Shown in pieces: positions 42,064-56,039 of a DNA stretch of 64,000 nt. The notes beneath the pieces were generated by a model. It saw nothing but the letters and a program-made list of their open reading frames with translations, was not told where the DNA came from and made no database searches. Origin of the DNA: Felis catus (taxonomy: Eukaryota); assembly GCF_018350175.1 (NCBI RefSeq), contig NC_058373.1:112842001-112906000 (forward strand), written 5' to 3'. Within the stretch, counting starts at the first letter, position 1; each line of letters begins with the position of its first letter. The position numbers were made by a program, and so were the translations under genes.

Positions 42064-42893
42064 AGTCCTAACTACTTTTAAAGGCAGTTATTATTACTAT
42101 ATGTTATAAGTAAGAGCATTAAGGCATAATGTGTTTAGGTAACTTGAATTTGAATGTCTGAATCCCAAGCTCTTCCCACTATGTACCACACTGCCTCACT
42201 GAAACATCCTAACATAGAATAAGTTTCCAATAATTTTTTTCATAGACATAATGGGAGATATTAAATCTCTAAAGGGTGATTCAATTCAGAGTCATGGGAT
42301 AATTGTGCATATTTCTAGTTAAGTATTACTTGTTTAATTTTGCTACTAAAGAGACGAGATACTTGTCTCCCTCTCCTTCAAGTAAGTTTAACTTCTTTGA
42401 TATTGTTGATCCCGCTTCAGAGAAGAGATCAAAAGCTTGAAAAAAAATATAAAAAATCATTTTCTTCAGACTTGAAAATATCATGTCACAAAGTCTCTAC
42501 CTCAGATGTTCTCAGTGAAAGACAAACTAGAGAAGAATATTGGGAGGGAAAAAGAAAGTTGTTTTCTTTAGTTTGCCCCTGTGAGCAACCACTGGGAAGG
42601 CCAATCTCTACAAACCACTATTGTCAAATTGTAGCCAAAGCAGGTGTGATACCTGGCCTGCTATTTAGTCACCATTTAAACTTCTGAATGCTTTTTAATT
42701 CTGGAGGGACATTTTTTCCAACCTCCTATACTCTCTATCCAGGGACCCTTTGGGTGTGTACCTTCTATGTGCCAGATACTGTTGTAGGTGTTAGATATGC
42801 TAACCCCTGTGTCCTACATCTACTTCTTTTCCATTAACCATAAGCAACATTATCCTAAGAGAATAATTTGTGGTGGTTTTTTTGGCTTTGTAG

Positions 42894-43016
<123 letters not shown>

Positions 43017-44146
43017 TAAGTATTGGATTTTATTTGGAAGTTGTTTTTGTACAAATTTGAATTTTGGGAGTACTAACTAGGTGGGGTTGTTGCTAAAGAG
43101 ACAAATTTAATACAATAATTTTCAATAATCTCATTCTTCAGAAGCCAAAAAATTAAGGACATGTCTATGTCCTTTAGGGACATTTTCCTAGAATGCCTAT
43201 TACAACAGGAGAAATACTTTTTGCTCTCCTGTGGGTATGTTAAGTTTACAGGGGTCTTTTTTGATAGTGTTGGCTTTATTCTAATGGAATTAATGGTGAT
43301 GGTATTATTCCTATTCACCCACACTTGTTTCAAGAAAGACAGGGAAGACACAGGTAAGAAGATAAAAAAGAATGTCAAAATTAGCACTAACTGCTCCTTT
43401 GTAGTTTAAGTACAGTTTTTTCTAGGACTTTTATATTGATTTTTGTAGCCTTATGTAACCCAAGTTTCTCCAGGCTTCATTCACCCATCTGTAACTAGAA
43501 TCTGTGACTAGAATTGCCCATCTCTAAGAGCAATTACCGCATATGCTAAATTAACTCAGCCCTCTGCTAAATTCCCCCAAGGATTTCTGTACCTTCCAAC
43601 CTGTGATCAAGATCAAGTCTTTTTCTGCGCACCCCACTACCACGCAGCACTGCCATGCAGCCCTCTCTCATCAGGATTTCCAGTTCACAAGACACTTGCC
43701 TGCTTTTTTTAGTAATATTCAAACATCAACCTGGTAGAGACAAAGCTCAGAGACAAATCTAAGTGATAGATAGCATGATGTATCTGTCACCCATAATTGC
43801 CCCTTTCTTTCTTGTAACCACCTTGTCACTGAGAAAAGCTCATTATATCTGGATCTTTCTTCCCCAGGACAAGGTAAGAATTTCCCAGCAAATGTACTTT
43901 TGAAGAGGCACCACCTTACTATTTCACAGAGTATGCTCTGACACTTACACCCCAGCTTAAGCTCAAACTGGACACAACACAATCCAAACCTTGGACATAG
44001 CATCTTGCTGATAACATGAAAGGGAGTAGTTTTATGTTCTTTCACCTTTCAAAGTTCTCTCCTTTCCTCATAGTTTTTTTTCTTTCTCTGAGGATATTGG
44101 AATACAGAGTCTGTTAGACATGTTTTCAAATGTCATTGTTTTTAAA

Positions 44147-44359
44147 TTTTTTTTTTCAACGTTTATTTATTTTTGGGACAGAGAGAGACAGAGCATGAAC
44201 GGGGAAGGGGCAGAGAGAGAGGGAGACACAGAATCGGAAACAGGCTCCAGTCTCTGAGCCATCAGCCCAGAGACTGACGCGGGGCTCGAACTCACGGACC
44301 GCGAGATCGTGACCTGGCTAAAGTCGGACGCTCAACCGACTGCGCCACCCAGGCACCCC
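44147..44359 (-). mobile_element. Young felid CAN-SINE
   Basis: CpG-rich body. TSD caaatgtcattgtttttaaa at 44127-44146 and 44359-44378. Confidence 0.95.
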
Positions 44360-44608
44360 AAATGTCATTGTTTTTAAAATCTTCACCTTTGTATTTACTT
44401 GGATGCTTAGTTTTAGAGATGCCCATAACTGAGTAACCAGCCAACTTAGAACCCATGCTGGTGAAGACAGTTACTTAATATCACTTTGACCCAGGCTCCC
44501 TAGCCCTTGGGAAAGAGTAGAAATAACCCACTGAAAAAAAAAGGGGGGCCGGGGGGTGGGCAGCAGGAGGACGAGTAGTTATGTGAATTTGGGCCTATTA
44601 ACCTGTCC

Positions 44609-44821
44609 TTTTTTTTTTTTTTTTACTTTTTTAAAAGTTTATTTATTTATTTTGAGAGAGAGTGAGTACGCTGGAGGGTAGAGAGAGAGAATCCTAAGCA
44701 TGCTTCACACTATCAGTGTTCAGAGCCAGATGCAGGGCTCCAATTCTCAAACCCGTGAGATCATGACCTGAGCCAAAATCAGGAGTCAGATGCTTAAACA
44801 ACTGAGCCACCCAGGCATCCC
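44609..44821 (-). mobile_element. CAN-SINE
   Basis: Antisense SINE. TSD taacctgtccttt. Confidence 0.92.
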
Positions 44822-46854
44822 TAACCTGTCCTTTCATATAAACTTCAAGCACCCAAAAGTTATCCTGACACAGGTACACCTTTACAAAAGACAAAAATTA
44901 ACTTCCCAAAAGAGATAAGAGGAACCCAAGAGTTCCAAAAGCACAGAGTAGGTCCAGAAACTCTAGGGACCAACTCACCAGATTGTTTAGGATTTGTTTC
45001 CCACCTACAACTGCCTCTGGCCTTGCCTTCAAGGGCATTAATGGGCTGTAAGAAATATTATAAGGTAAAGGAAGCACTTTTGTGTGTGTGTCATTTTTAC
45101 CTTGAGCTTTTCTGGACTATAATTCTGTCCACTCCTCCTATTTTTGCACTTTTGTATATAAAAACAATTGCTTACTTGATATACTATTTTTGCTGCCATT
45201 ACACCATTGAAGGCCTCATATGTTGATATGCTAATATTTAATTGTCTCGGGCCCACACTGTTGAGTTATGGTAGATGTTTACTAATAATATTGGTTTCAT
45301 ATGTTAATTCCAAAATGTTCCTTGAAAACAATATAAAGAACAATAAAAGTATAAGCAAGATATAGGCAGTTCTGAGAATATACATATCTCTAGTGCATAT
45401 CCTTTTCTCAAATGAAAATATGTTCCAGAAAACTGAGAACAATGTTTTTAAAATACAACAATGCAAAGCTAGACTTTCTCAGTCTTAGAGTGCTATATTA
45501 AAGAGGCCCAGAGTAAATGGTTAGAATGCAGAGGTGGAATGTGGGTGGAAAGAATTTATAACTGTTCTAATGGAAATGTGTGCTGGGAATTTAGCAAAGG
45601 AAACAAGGTACATTTAATCTGCAGCCTGTTGATACTCTGTGAAGGCTGCCTCCCTCTTCATTCTTCTCGTTCCTATGTAGCCCTTTGCTAATGAAAGCAA
45701 ATGTTATACAGAAGCCTCTCTGTGAAGCTCTCCAGGGAAACAAGAGGGTCATGGGAGAAACTACACTTTCTTTAAAGCAAGGAGAGAAACAGCTCAAGAA
45801 TGTCAGCAAGCCCAGAACCCCTGCTCAGTTGCGACAGATAAGAGTAGGGAGTAAGAGCTCTATTCTTATATTTAAAATATGGTTGGAGTCTGGTTTTTAA
45901 ATTCTATGATCCTACTTCTCAGCTCTTATTCTTATCACCAACCATAATTATAATGATAAGTGTTGAAATTGTAGACTAAGACTCTATAATTAAATTAGGC
46001 TTAATTTTTCCTCTGTTTATTGTACATGTTATTTAAAAAGAGGGTATCGTGAAAATTTGGGGAAAGGTGCTTCAAATACCTGATAGTTAGCAACTGTATT
46101 TTAAAAGCATTCACTTATAAATATTTTGTGTGTATTAAAATATATTCCATAAGACAATTTCTCACAGCATGTGTAACACAAGACTGTTGGAGTTCCTAGC
46201 AGTTTTTTAAAAAGACAAATTTGAAACAGAGATGTTAAATGAACTTGCCCAGCATTATGCAAGTTACTGGCAGAGGTGAAAATGGAATTTAAGTCTTGAA
46301 ATTATCAATCTGCAATTCTTTGCTATCATTATGAAGACAAGATAATAACTACATATGTCAGAAAGGAATAATAACTATGCACTACAGTGGTCAGAGTTTT
46401 TTGTTTTTTTTTTTTTTATAAAGGTGCAATGTTAGCTAAACAATGAAGGATGAATAGAATTTGTATAGTTAGAAAAAGAGTGTGTTAATCAAGTAGGAAA
46501 CATGGAATGAATAAAAAGTAGAGAAGTAGAAAATGAAATACAGAAGTAGAAATAAACAGCAAGCTACTCAAAGTCAGGCCAGAATGATTAGAACAGGAGG
46601 TTTAGGTAGAAGGATAATGGAGGTGAATTTGGTAGAAATTTGAGGCCAGACTTTGAAAGGCTTTGCAATCCAAGCAGAAACTACCCAATTCATTTAAATT
46701 TGAAGCTTTTAAAAAAAAAAAAAGCGAAATTGACATCATAACCATTATTTTACAAAGATAATTTGACCAAGGCATTTCACATGGGCTAAAGTTGGAGATG
46801 GACTAGGTATAACAATACAATTTATTTATTCATTGTTCAGTCAGTCAGGAAGTA

Positions 46855-47226
46855 TTGGTTGTGTACCTGTGAGAATCAGCTAGAGATCTTATTTAAAATG
46901 CTGATTCTGGGGCACCTGGGTGGCTCAGTCAGTTAAGCGTTCAACTCTTGATTTTGGCTCAGGTCATGATCTTGTGGTTCATGAGATGGAGCCCACTGCA
47001 TTGACAGTGCAGAGCCTGCTTGGGATTCTCTGTCTCCCTCTCTCTACCCCTCTCTGTTTCTTTCTCTCTCTCTCTCTCTCACACACACACACTCAGATAA
47101 ATAAGCTTTTTTTTTGTAAATGCTGATTCTGATTTAGCAGTTGTGGGGTGGGCCAAGATTTTGCATTTCTAACAAACTCCCAAGGACACCAAGCTGTTGG
47201 TCCATGGATCACAGGAAATAACAAGG
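46855..47226. mobile_element. MER5A-like relic interrupted by a SINE
   Basis: gaatcagctagagatcttatttaaaatgctgattc … ggggtgggccaagattttgcatttctaacaaactccc…ggtccatggatcac. Confidence 0.65.
46909..47115 (+). mobile_element. CAN-SINE
   Basis: SINE body. TSD aaatgctgattctg. Confidence 0.92.
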
Positions 47227-47689
47227 ATTTTTGTCAATTTAATCATGCATCTACTATGAATCTTAAGACCAAGGCTATTGAAGATACAAAGCTTAAACAG
47301 ACCTAGATCTTGCCTTTGAAATTACATGTACTAGAAATGTACTAGAATTTAGAGATTAGTAATAAAAATGTTTTATGAAGTTACAGAGCTTAAACTCACA
47401 TTTGGAAGTAGAATTTCTTTAAGAGATTAAATAAATCAAAAGACATTGTGAAGGTTATTACATATAACAGAAGAGTGTCAATGTTGATTTGTCTTCATCT
47501 GGATTACAAAGCCTCATCAAAATGGTATGTGACTATAAACACAAATAAAATGCCTGCAAAACCCAGCTATTAGGTCTGTCTACCACAGTTTTACATTCCT
47601 CGCTAGCAGTACACCATTTCCACTTCTTCATGTTTTATTTGTAGTTTATCTTTTCTTGATTTTTGTAGCTCCTCTTCCTATGTTCATTC

Positions 47690-48232
47690 CCTAAATTTAG
47701 GAGTCCCCATTGCTCCCTCTTGGCTTTCTGTCCTTCTGATTCCTTATGCCAATGACTCCCAAACTTCATCTCTGTCTTGGGCTCCATGCCTAGATCCACT
47801 TACTTCCTAGGTGCATCTTCTTTAAGTTCAATGGGCATTGCAAACTCAACCTGTCCAAAAATCAGTTCACCATCCCCTCACCTCACTCACCGCCTCTCCC
47901 CACGACTGCCCTGTTCCATTTCCTTTCATTCTTCTATCTCAGTGACTGCCTCACCACCTACCCAGTCACCCAAGCCAGAAGAAACCTGAGCACGTCATCA
48001 TAGGTCCTCTCTTTCACTCACCCCTGTATTTAAGTCCTAGAGATTTTCCCTTCTTGATATTTCTTCTCTGCATTCTCATCCCTTCATCCGTACTGTCCTG
48101 GCTTAGTTCAGGGCTCCATTTATTTTTTGTCTAGACATATGAGACTGCCATCTTAACTGGTGTCCATTCTTGAAGTCTTCTTCTCCTCTAACTCACCCTC
48201 GATTCTGCTACCAATATGACCTTTCTAAGGTG
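47690..48232 (+). mobile_element. L2 relic
   Basis: atgccaatgactcccaaa…caaactcaacctgtccaaaa…cccagtcacccaagccagaa motifs. Confidence 0.7.
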
Positions 48233-51200
48233 TGTATTCTATACCTGTGGCAGAATTGGGGCTTTATTATATATGGATAAGCACACCCTAATAATTCAAC
48301 AAACTTTTATGAGGGGTTACTGTGTCAGGTATTGTACCAGTCCTTGGTACTACAGAGATGAATGATACAGTTATTAGTAAGAATACAAAGAAGTTTTCAA
48401 TTCTGATCCTTTCCTCTCTTCCCTTCCCACCCAATATACATCCATTTTCTCCAGACTCCTTACTGCAAACATGTCAGTCTTCATTGAGTACCCATCATAT
48501 ATAAATAGCACCGTACTACATTCTCTCACTTATGTGTCTTATTTAAGCCTCTTGAAACAACAGAGCCAGATAAGTGTCTGTTATTCCCATTTTGGAGATA
48601 ATAGTACTGAAACAAAAAAATTAAACTGTTCAGAGTTACGCAGCTAGTAAAAGGCAGAGTAAGGAGTTCAACCCAGGCCTGTCTTAACTCCGGGGTCCTT
48701 TCTAGAACCTTTTGCTCTACCATGCTACCCTTTTAATTGGAGTTAGCATCTGTATTTCATTAATATTAAGGTTAATAAACTAAATAGGCTATATCTATTT
48801 TAATGAATAAAACCCCTTAGTAAATAGTGGCTGTGAACATTTCAAAAGCCAGAGGGGAAAATTTAGTTTAAATTGTGAATTACATATTAACTGTGTAGTT
48901 ATAAATGAATTTTAAAGACTTGAGTTGCAGAATCCAAATCTTTAGATGATATAGAAATGAGGAAAATGACAGGAGGATTTATTACAGTCTTCCTTTTATA
49001 ATTTCTTCCTTTACCTTTCTTCTCACAGCTGCTGGGGCTGCATTTGCGATATTTATTATGTTTGGATAATTTGTTACACCAAGTTCATAGTATCTTTTGT
49101 GGGGGTGGGGAGATAAAGGAGAAAGGAAAAGAGAAGAGAGCATACACACAGTGTGAATGTATAATACTTTGGTAGTCAGCCCTACATTTATTCAACTTAT
49201 AAATAACCTAGATTCCCAAACAGCCAACCTTATTCTTTCCTTTTTCCTACTCACCATATAAAGTTTCTCTGTCACTACATTAAAAGAAGGGAAGGGAGAA
49301 AAAGCATTTTGAGAAGTAAGGGGGAAAGCCAGGAACAACAAGAACAATTTAGTGGTACCGTTAATCTCCTTGCTGCCTGACCCTCACAATGTAGCCTATT
49401 TAGGAGAGATGTTTGTTAAGCCCAGATATCCCACATACTGGCTGAATGTGTTCTATTCACTTTGCTATACTTTCTGATAATATAATATTTAAAGATACAA
49501 TTGTGTTAAAAAGTATTCTACTTGAGAGTTTGTATATTAATGTGAATACATTTAAACCAGACATCCAACATCTGAGTAAATCTGCTGTCCTGAATGAACA
49601 GGAGTAAATCACTTAGAACTTGGAGTTCTTTGAGGCAGTGGGAAAACTGTACGGAAACAGAACCTTAGCATAGCAAGATACTAGGGGCCCAGCAAGAAGT
49701 GCATTGGCAGCAGGAAATGACTAAAGAAAGGCAGGTGGGAAGATGTCATAAGCAAATGCTTTATATTTCAACATTGTTTCTTCAGTCTTCCATCTTGCTT
49801 CCACAGTTCAGGCTAGTACTGCAGGGTAATTCCGCAATATACGAGTAACATTATGAGCTAAATTAAGGTTTGTTTGTTTGTTTGTTTACTCTAGAATCAT
49901 ACCCACCATGTGTAGTACTTATAGATGTTTATATAGAAAGGTGTTCTAGGTTACAAACAACCAATTTTACATAACCTGTGAGTTACAAATTAGCTGTGCA
50001 AAAAAGACTTACCTGAAGCTAGCAGCTTTGTACTAACTGCATGGTATCTTTTAATGCTGTCTACAGAGATGTAATTAGTAGTAAGACATTAAAAGACTTT
50101 AGATATGGGTTAACATGATCATCTTCTATTCCTGGTCCAATTCTATTATGCACCTCTTGGGCCATTGTTCTAGAGGTTCTAGTGTACATTTTTAATGTAA
50201 CTTTTTAATCTTAGAATAAACAAATGTTCATTGAAGAAAATTTAGAAAATATAGGTTCATCAAAAAAAAAGCAAAGAAAGGAAATTAACATATAATCCCA
50301 TTACCCAGTATTACTCTCCTTTTATTCTTCAATTCTATGTGTGTATAGAGTTCATATATGTATGAGTGTAAGAAAACAAAGAAATCATACTCTTATTATA
50401 ACTTTTCATTTTTCCACAATGTACCATAAACATCTGATTACATAGTTCTCTGCTATATCACTTAAATGCCTATATATTATTCTCTAGTATAAAGTTTAAT
50501 ATTACTTATTTATACAATCGCTTATTGTTAGGCATTAGGTTGTTTCTAATCTTTCTCATTTGCAAGTAAATGATGAACACCTCTATAACTAAATCTTGGC
50601 ATATACCCACAATTATTTGCGAGTGTCTTTAAATTTTTATTTTATTCATTTTGTGACCATTTGTTGAGTGTCTGCCATATCCAAAACTATGTTGATGGCA
50701 GAGGTAAAATGGTAAATAACTGCTGTCCTCAACTGCTGGTAGGCATGTAAAACAAGTTGTTCATGACTGTATCCTCAGCAATTAGAACAGTGCCAGCACA
50801 TGGTAACTATTCAATAAGTGCCAGGAAGTAACAGAAAAAGAAAGAGAGGGACCACTGAGTATGAACCTGAATATGAAACTAGTCAAGTCTAGAGGTTTCT
50901 AATTGGCACAAATTGGTATGAGTCTGTAGGGCTAAACTACTTCTAAGCTCCATCCTGTTTCTACCTTGAATATGGGATAGTAGATGTCCTGGTTTTCTTT
51001 TTCCCATGGCTGGTTCACTGACTTCTTAGCCCCCTTTTGTCCTCTAGGCAGCATGAACTACTACTATTTCCCTACTGTGGGGGAAGAGTCTGAGACAAAT
51101 GAGGAAGTTTGGATAGGTAAATGAGTATGGCATACCATATTTGCCAGCCAAGATAATTGTGGGCAGACTTGGTTAAGATAGTCATCATTTGGGCACATAT

Positions 51201-52364
51201 GTTTTTCTTTGTTTTTCCTTTCCCTCACTTTCCTGATAAAATTTCTCAGAGAAATTGCTGTTTTATGTGGCTCATACAGAGTGGAAAAAGGATTTGTTCA
51301 TAGTTAGCCAGGGATATTTTCTTTCCCAGCAGGAAGCTCCATGAAGGAGTGTCTTGGTACCCCTGTGTACACAGCACTAAGTAGGAATACATCTCCTAGA
51401 TCAGGTAGCCCTGCCGTCTTTTCCTATACTACCGTTTCTTTCCATGGAACCTAGAAACTATGCAGCTGTCCAGAAGAATCTTACAGGGTCCCTTCACAGT
51501 GAGTCCAAAAACCTAGCCAGAGGAGCAGGCAAGAAAGTATGGCACTGACAACAGAATTCCGTTACTAACTGAGACACATCCCCCAAAAATGCACAATGTA
51601 AAGCTTTGTGGCTGAGATAATTCGTTTTATCTTTCTGAAGAAAAAGAAATATAAACTGGGAGGGGAGCAGAATTCCAAATGGATTTGGGAAGCCTCTAAT
51701 TTAAAAAGTTGGGGAGCTGTTTCCTTGGGCTTAAATAGATGGGTGTTATACATTTACCTCTTCAATGAAATAAGCAGTAATCGTGATCCAAATATACAGA
51801 ATCCCCTTGGGAAATTTTTTTTAGATAAAGTTCAGCATTAATCGAGTTTATATAATGTCTAAGACTGATTTTAACTATTCAGCTGTTTATATTTTTACAG
51901 CAGCTTTAAAACAGCTTGGTAATGTAGCTTATAACTGCTGACTTAGCCCTTCTAGCCTTTCAAGGCCTGCAGGGCTGAGAAATTCCCATAATTAAGAAAA
52001 GGGTTCCCCCTTCTGGAAAATTGCCATCACAGTAGCCTGCCCCACTCAAATCATACTGGGCTTCCTAGGCTCTGTCATAGATTGGTGTGCGGGATTTGAA
52101 TTGCCTGCTCCTGTTGTTGCCAATTTGTGAAGCTGCCTCTTCACATTAGAGCATGAAACAGAAGGAACAAGCACTGAGACAGCAAATTGGATTCTTAAAA
52201 AACTAGCACATTTAGGAGGAATTATCAAGATAGAGTTAACAGTACAGTGGTTATTTGGGCAAAGCCCGTTGCCTTACATCTTACAATTTGTGAACAAAAC
52301 ATATCCTAACATCTTGGTGTTTACCTAATGTTCTAAAAGTAGAAATTTCTATCAAGGAGAATTT

Positions 52365-54448
52365 TTATTTGTTTTTTTTTTTAAATATGAAATTTATTGT
52401 CAAATTGGTTTCCATACAACACCCAGTGCTCATCCAAACAAGTGCCCTCCTCAGTACCCCTCACCCACCCTCCTCTCCCTCCCACCCCCCATCAACCCTC
52501 AGTTTGTTCTCAGTTTTTAAGAGTCTCTTATGTTTTGGCTCCCTCCCTCTCTAACCTTTTTTTTTTTCTTTCCCCTCCGCCATGGTCTTCTGTTAAGTTT
52601 CTCAGGATCCACACAGGAGTGAAAACATATGGTATCTGTCTTTCTCTGTATGACTTATTTCACTTAGCATCACACTCTCCAGTTCCATCCACGTTGCTAC
52701 AAAAGGCCATATTTCATTCTTTCTCATTGCCAAGTAGTATTCCATTGTGTATATAAACCACAATTTCTTTATTCATTCATCAGTTGATGGACATTTAGGC
52801 TCTTTCCATAATTTGGCTATAGTTGAGAGTGCTGCTATAAACATTGGGGTACAAGTGACCCTATCCATCAGCATTCCTGTATCCCTTGGGTAAATTCCTA
52901 GCGGTGCTATTGCTGGGTCATAGGGTAGATCTATTTTTAATTTTTTGAGGAACCTCCACACTGTTTTCCAAAGTGGCCGCACCAGTTTGCATTCCCACCA
53001 ACAGTGCAAGAGGGTTCCCGTTTCTCCACATCCTCTCCAGCATCTCTAGTCTCCTGATTTGTTCATTTTGGCCACTCTGACTGGGGTGAGGTGATATCTG
53101 AGTGTGGTTTTGATTTGTATTTCCCTGATGAGGAGCGACATTGAGCATCTTTTCGTGTGCTTGTTGGCCATCTGGATGTCTTCTTCAGAGAAGTGTCTAT
53201 TCATGTCTTCTGCCCATTTCTTCACTGGATTATTTGTTTTTCGGGTGTGGAGTTTCGTGAGTTCTTTATAGATTTTGGATACTAGCCCTTTGTCCAATAT
53301 GTCATTTGCACATATCTTTTCCCATTCTGTTGGTTGCCTTTTAATTTTGTTGATTGTTTCCTTGCAGTGCAGAAGCTTTTTATCTTCATGAGGTCCCAAT
53401 AGCTCATTTTTGCTTTTAATTCCCTTGCCCTTGGGGATGTGTCAAGTAAGAAATTGCTGCAGTTGAGGTCAGAGAGGTTTTTTCCTGCTTTCTCCTCTAG
53501 GGTTTTGATGGTTTCCTGTCTCACATTCAGGTTCTTTATCCATTTTGAGTTTATTTTTGTGAATGGTGTGAGAAAGTGGTCTAGTTTCAATCTTCTGCAT
53601 GTTGCTGTCCAGTTCTCCCAGCACCCTTTGTTAAAGAGACTGTCTTTTTTCCATTGGATAGTCTTTCCTGCTTTGTCAAAGATTAGTTGGCCTTACTTTT
53701 GTGGGTCTAGTTCTGGGGTTTCTATTCTATTCCATTGGTCTATGTGTCTGTTTTTGTGCCAATACCATGCTGTCTTGATGATTACAGCTTTGTAGTAGAG
53801 GCTAAAGTCTGGGATTGGAATGCCTCCTGCTTTGGTCTTCTTCTTCAAAATTACTTTGGCTATTCGGGGCCTTTTGTGGTTCCATACAAATTTTAGGATT
53901 GTTTGTTCTAGCTTCAAGAAGAATGCTGGTGCAATTTTGATTGGGATTGCATTGAATGTGTAGATAGCTTTGGGTAGTATTGACATTTTGACAATATTTA
54001 TTCTTCCAATCCATGAGCACAGAATGTTTTTCCATTTCTTTATATCTTCTTCAATTTCCTTCATAAGCTTTCTATAGTTTTCAGCATACTGATCTTTTAC
54101 ATCTTTGGTTAGGTTTATTCCTAGGTATTTTATGATTCTTGGTGCAATTGTGAATGGGATCAGTTTCTTTATTTGTCTTTCTGTTGCTTCATTGTTAGTG
54201 TATAAGAATGCAACTGATTTCTGTACATTGATTTTGTATCCTGTGACTTTGCTGAATTCATGTATCAGTTCTAGCAGACTTTTGGTGGAGTCTGTCGGGT
54301 TTTCCATGTATAATATCATGTCATCTGCAAAAAGTGAAAGCTTGACTTCATCTTTTCCAATTTGGATGCCTTTGATTTCCTTTTGTTTTCTGATTGCTGA
54401 TGCTAGCACTTCCAACACTATGTTAAACAACAGCAGTGAGAGTGGACA
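52365..54448 (-). mobile_element. 5'-truncated felid L1 (about 2.1 kb): ORF2 RT to C-terminus (disrupted) plus 3' UTR
   Basis: [15 protein letters not shown]…[13 protein letters not shown] motif and HCWWECKL Cys motif. Stop at 53693-53695 and a frameshift near 53360. Perfect 15-bp TSD tatcaaggagaattt at 52350-52364 and 54449-54463. Confidence 0.97.
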
Positions 54449-54534
54449 TATCAAGGAGAATTTAGATCCAAATCTAATTAGTTCTTATCATCTTTATAAA
54501 CTGCCTTTCTTCCCTTGTGAAATAAATGCCTTTT

Positions 54535-54729
54535 GGGGCACCTGGATGGCTCCATAAATTGAGCATCTGACTCCAGCTCAGGTCATAATCTCATGGTTTG
54601 TGAGTTGGAACCTGGCATTGGGCTTGCTGCTGTCAGCTCAGAGTCTGCTTCGGATCCTCTGTCCCCTTCTTTATCTGCCCCTTCTCTGCTCATGTGCTCT
54701 CTCAAAAGTAAATAAACATTTTTTAAAAA
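54535..54729 (+). mobile_element. CAN-SINE
   Basis: SINE body. Degenerate TSD gaaataaat(g/a)cc(t/c)ttt. Confidence 0.9.
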
Positions 54730-54912
54730 GAAATAAATACCCTTTCCTGCTCAAAATGCAAAGTTTTAATTTTGAATCAATATAATTTATTTTCTGATAG
54801 ATTTCTAAATAGATTTGTTTATTAAGAGAGGACTCTCATTTTCTATTGGCCAACCAAAAATGTGCTTTCTACTTTAACATGCGTGCTTTTTTTAATAAAT
54901 GAAAGCACATTC

Positions 54913-55099
54913 TTTTTTTTTTTAAGTTTATATGTTTATTTTTCAGGGAAAGAGTGAGGAGGAGACAGAGAATCCCACGCAGGGCCACACTATCAACTGC
55001 AGAGCCCTACAAAGGGCTAGAACTCCCAAATCCTGAGATCATGACCTGAGCCAAAATCAAGAGTGGGATGCTTAACCAACCTAGCCACCCAGGCACCCC
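54913..55099 (-). mobile_element. CAN-SINE with no visible TSD
   Basis: T run through gccacccaggcacccc. Confidence 0.9.
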
Positions 55100-56039
55100 A
55101 ACAGATGGGCTTAACAACAAGAGATTATTCCCACTCCCAGGGACAGACTTGGTGGCTGTTATAGTTGCCTTTCTTAACCCTTAAGAGTTGCTGTTATAGT
55201 TGATGTTGCCAATTCTTCTAAACATAACTTCTGGGTATTACTGTACATTTAGAAATGTTTTTCTTACTTGTCCCCCATAGAAAGAAATATCTTCTAGAAA
55301 GCCTTTCTGGATTCTCCCATGCCAATTCTGAAAATTCTGTGCCACTCAACATTTATACCATTTTACCTTATATGTAATTTCACTTTAATTATGTATTTGA
55401 ATTCCATCAATGATATTAATTTCATTGCTTAGTTTACTTATTTTCCTAAATTTTTGTCATATGTTTTCTGCACTTGCTTATAAACTTAAAGGCAGGGACC
55501 ATGCTTTCTTCTGTGTTTACATGACTTTATAGTGCCTAAACACCCAGTGGGACTGAAGAAGGACTAAATGATGGCTAAATGTAGTATGGAATTTGATTCA
55601 ATACATGAAGAAGTAGATACCCAGAAAATACTTGCAGTTGAGGAATTTATCCTTGACCTCTGAAAAAATTAGTCTATGGTTAGTTTATGTTCAGAACTGT
55701 TTTCTTGTTATCTTGGTATGATCAGTTGCCATTATTCCTTAATCTCTAAATCCTACAATTTTTCTCCTTTTTCTACTGTCATCCTCACTCATCTTAAAAT
55801 GATACAACTCACAGTTGGTGTAACAGATGAAACAGGAAACTAATTAGCAGCTGTTGTCCATCTGTGTGTTTATATTAAATATTTTAAAATAAAACTGCAT
55901 TTGCATTCTGAATGCTCTAAAATCCATAAAATCTAAACTTGGGTAAAGGCTCTGTCTTGGTTTTGAATTTTATGGTAGACTTCATCATAAAACAAAACAA
56001 AAATTTTTTTTATGTCAGAATCAGGATTGTAGTCATTTA

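Noticed and set aside
52773..54454. Reverse-transcriptase ORFs as an active or domesticated gene
   Set aside because: 5'-truncated L1 with a stop and a frameshift, no ORF1, endonuclease or promoter. The ORF's start codon lies in the TSD.
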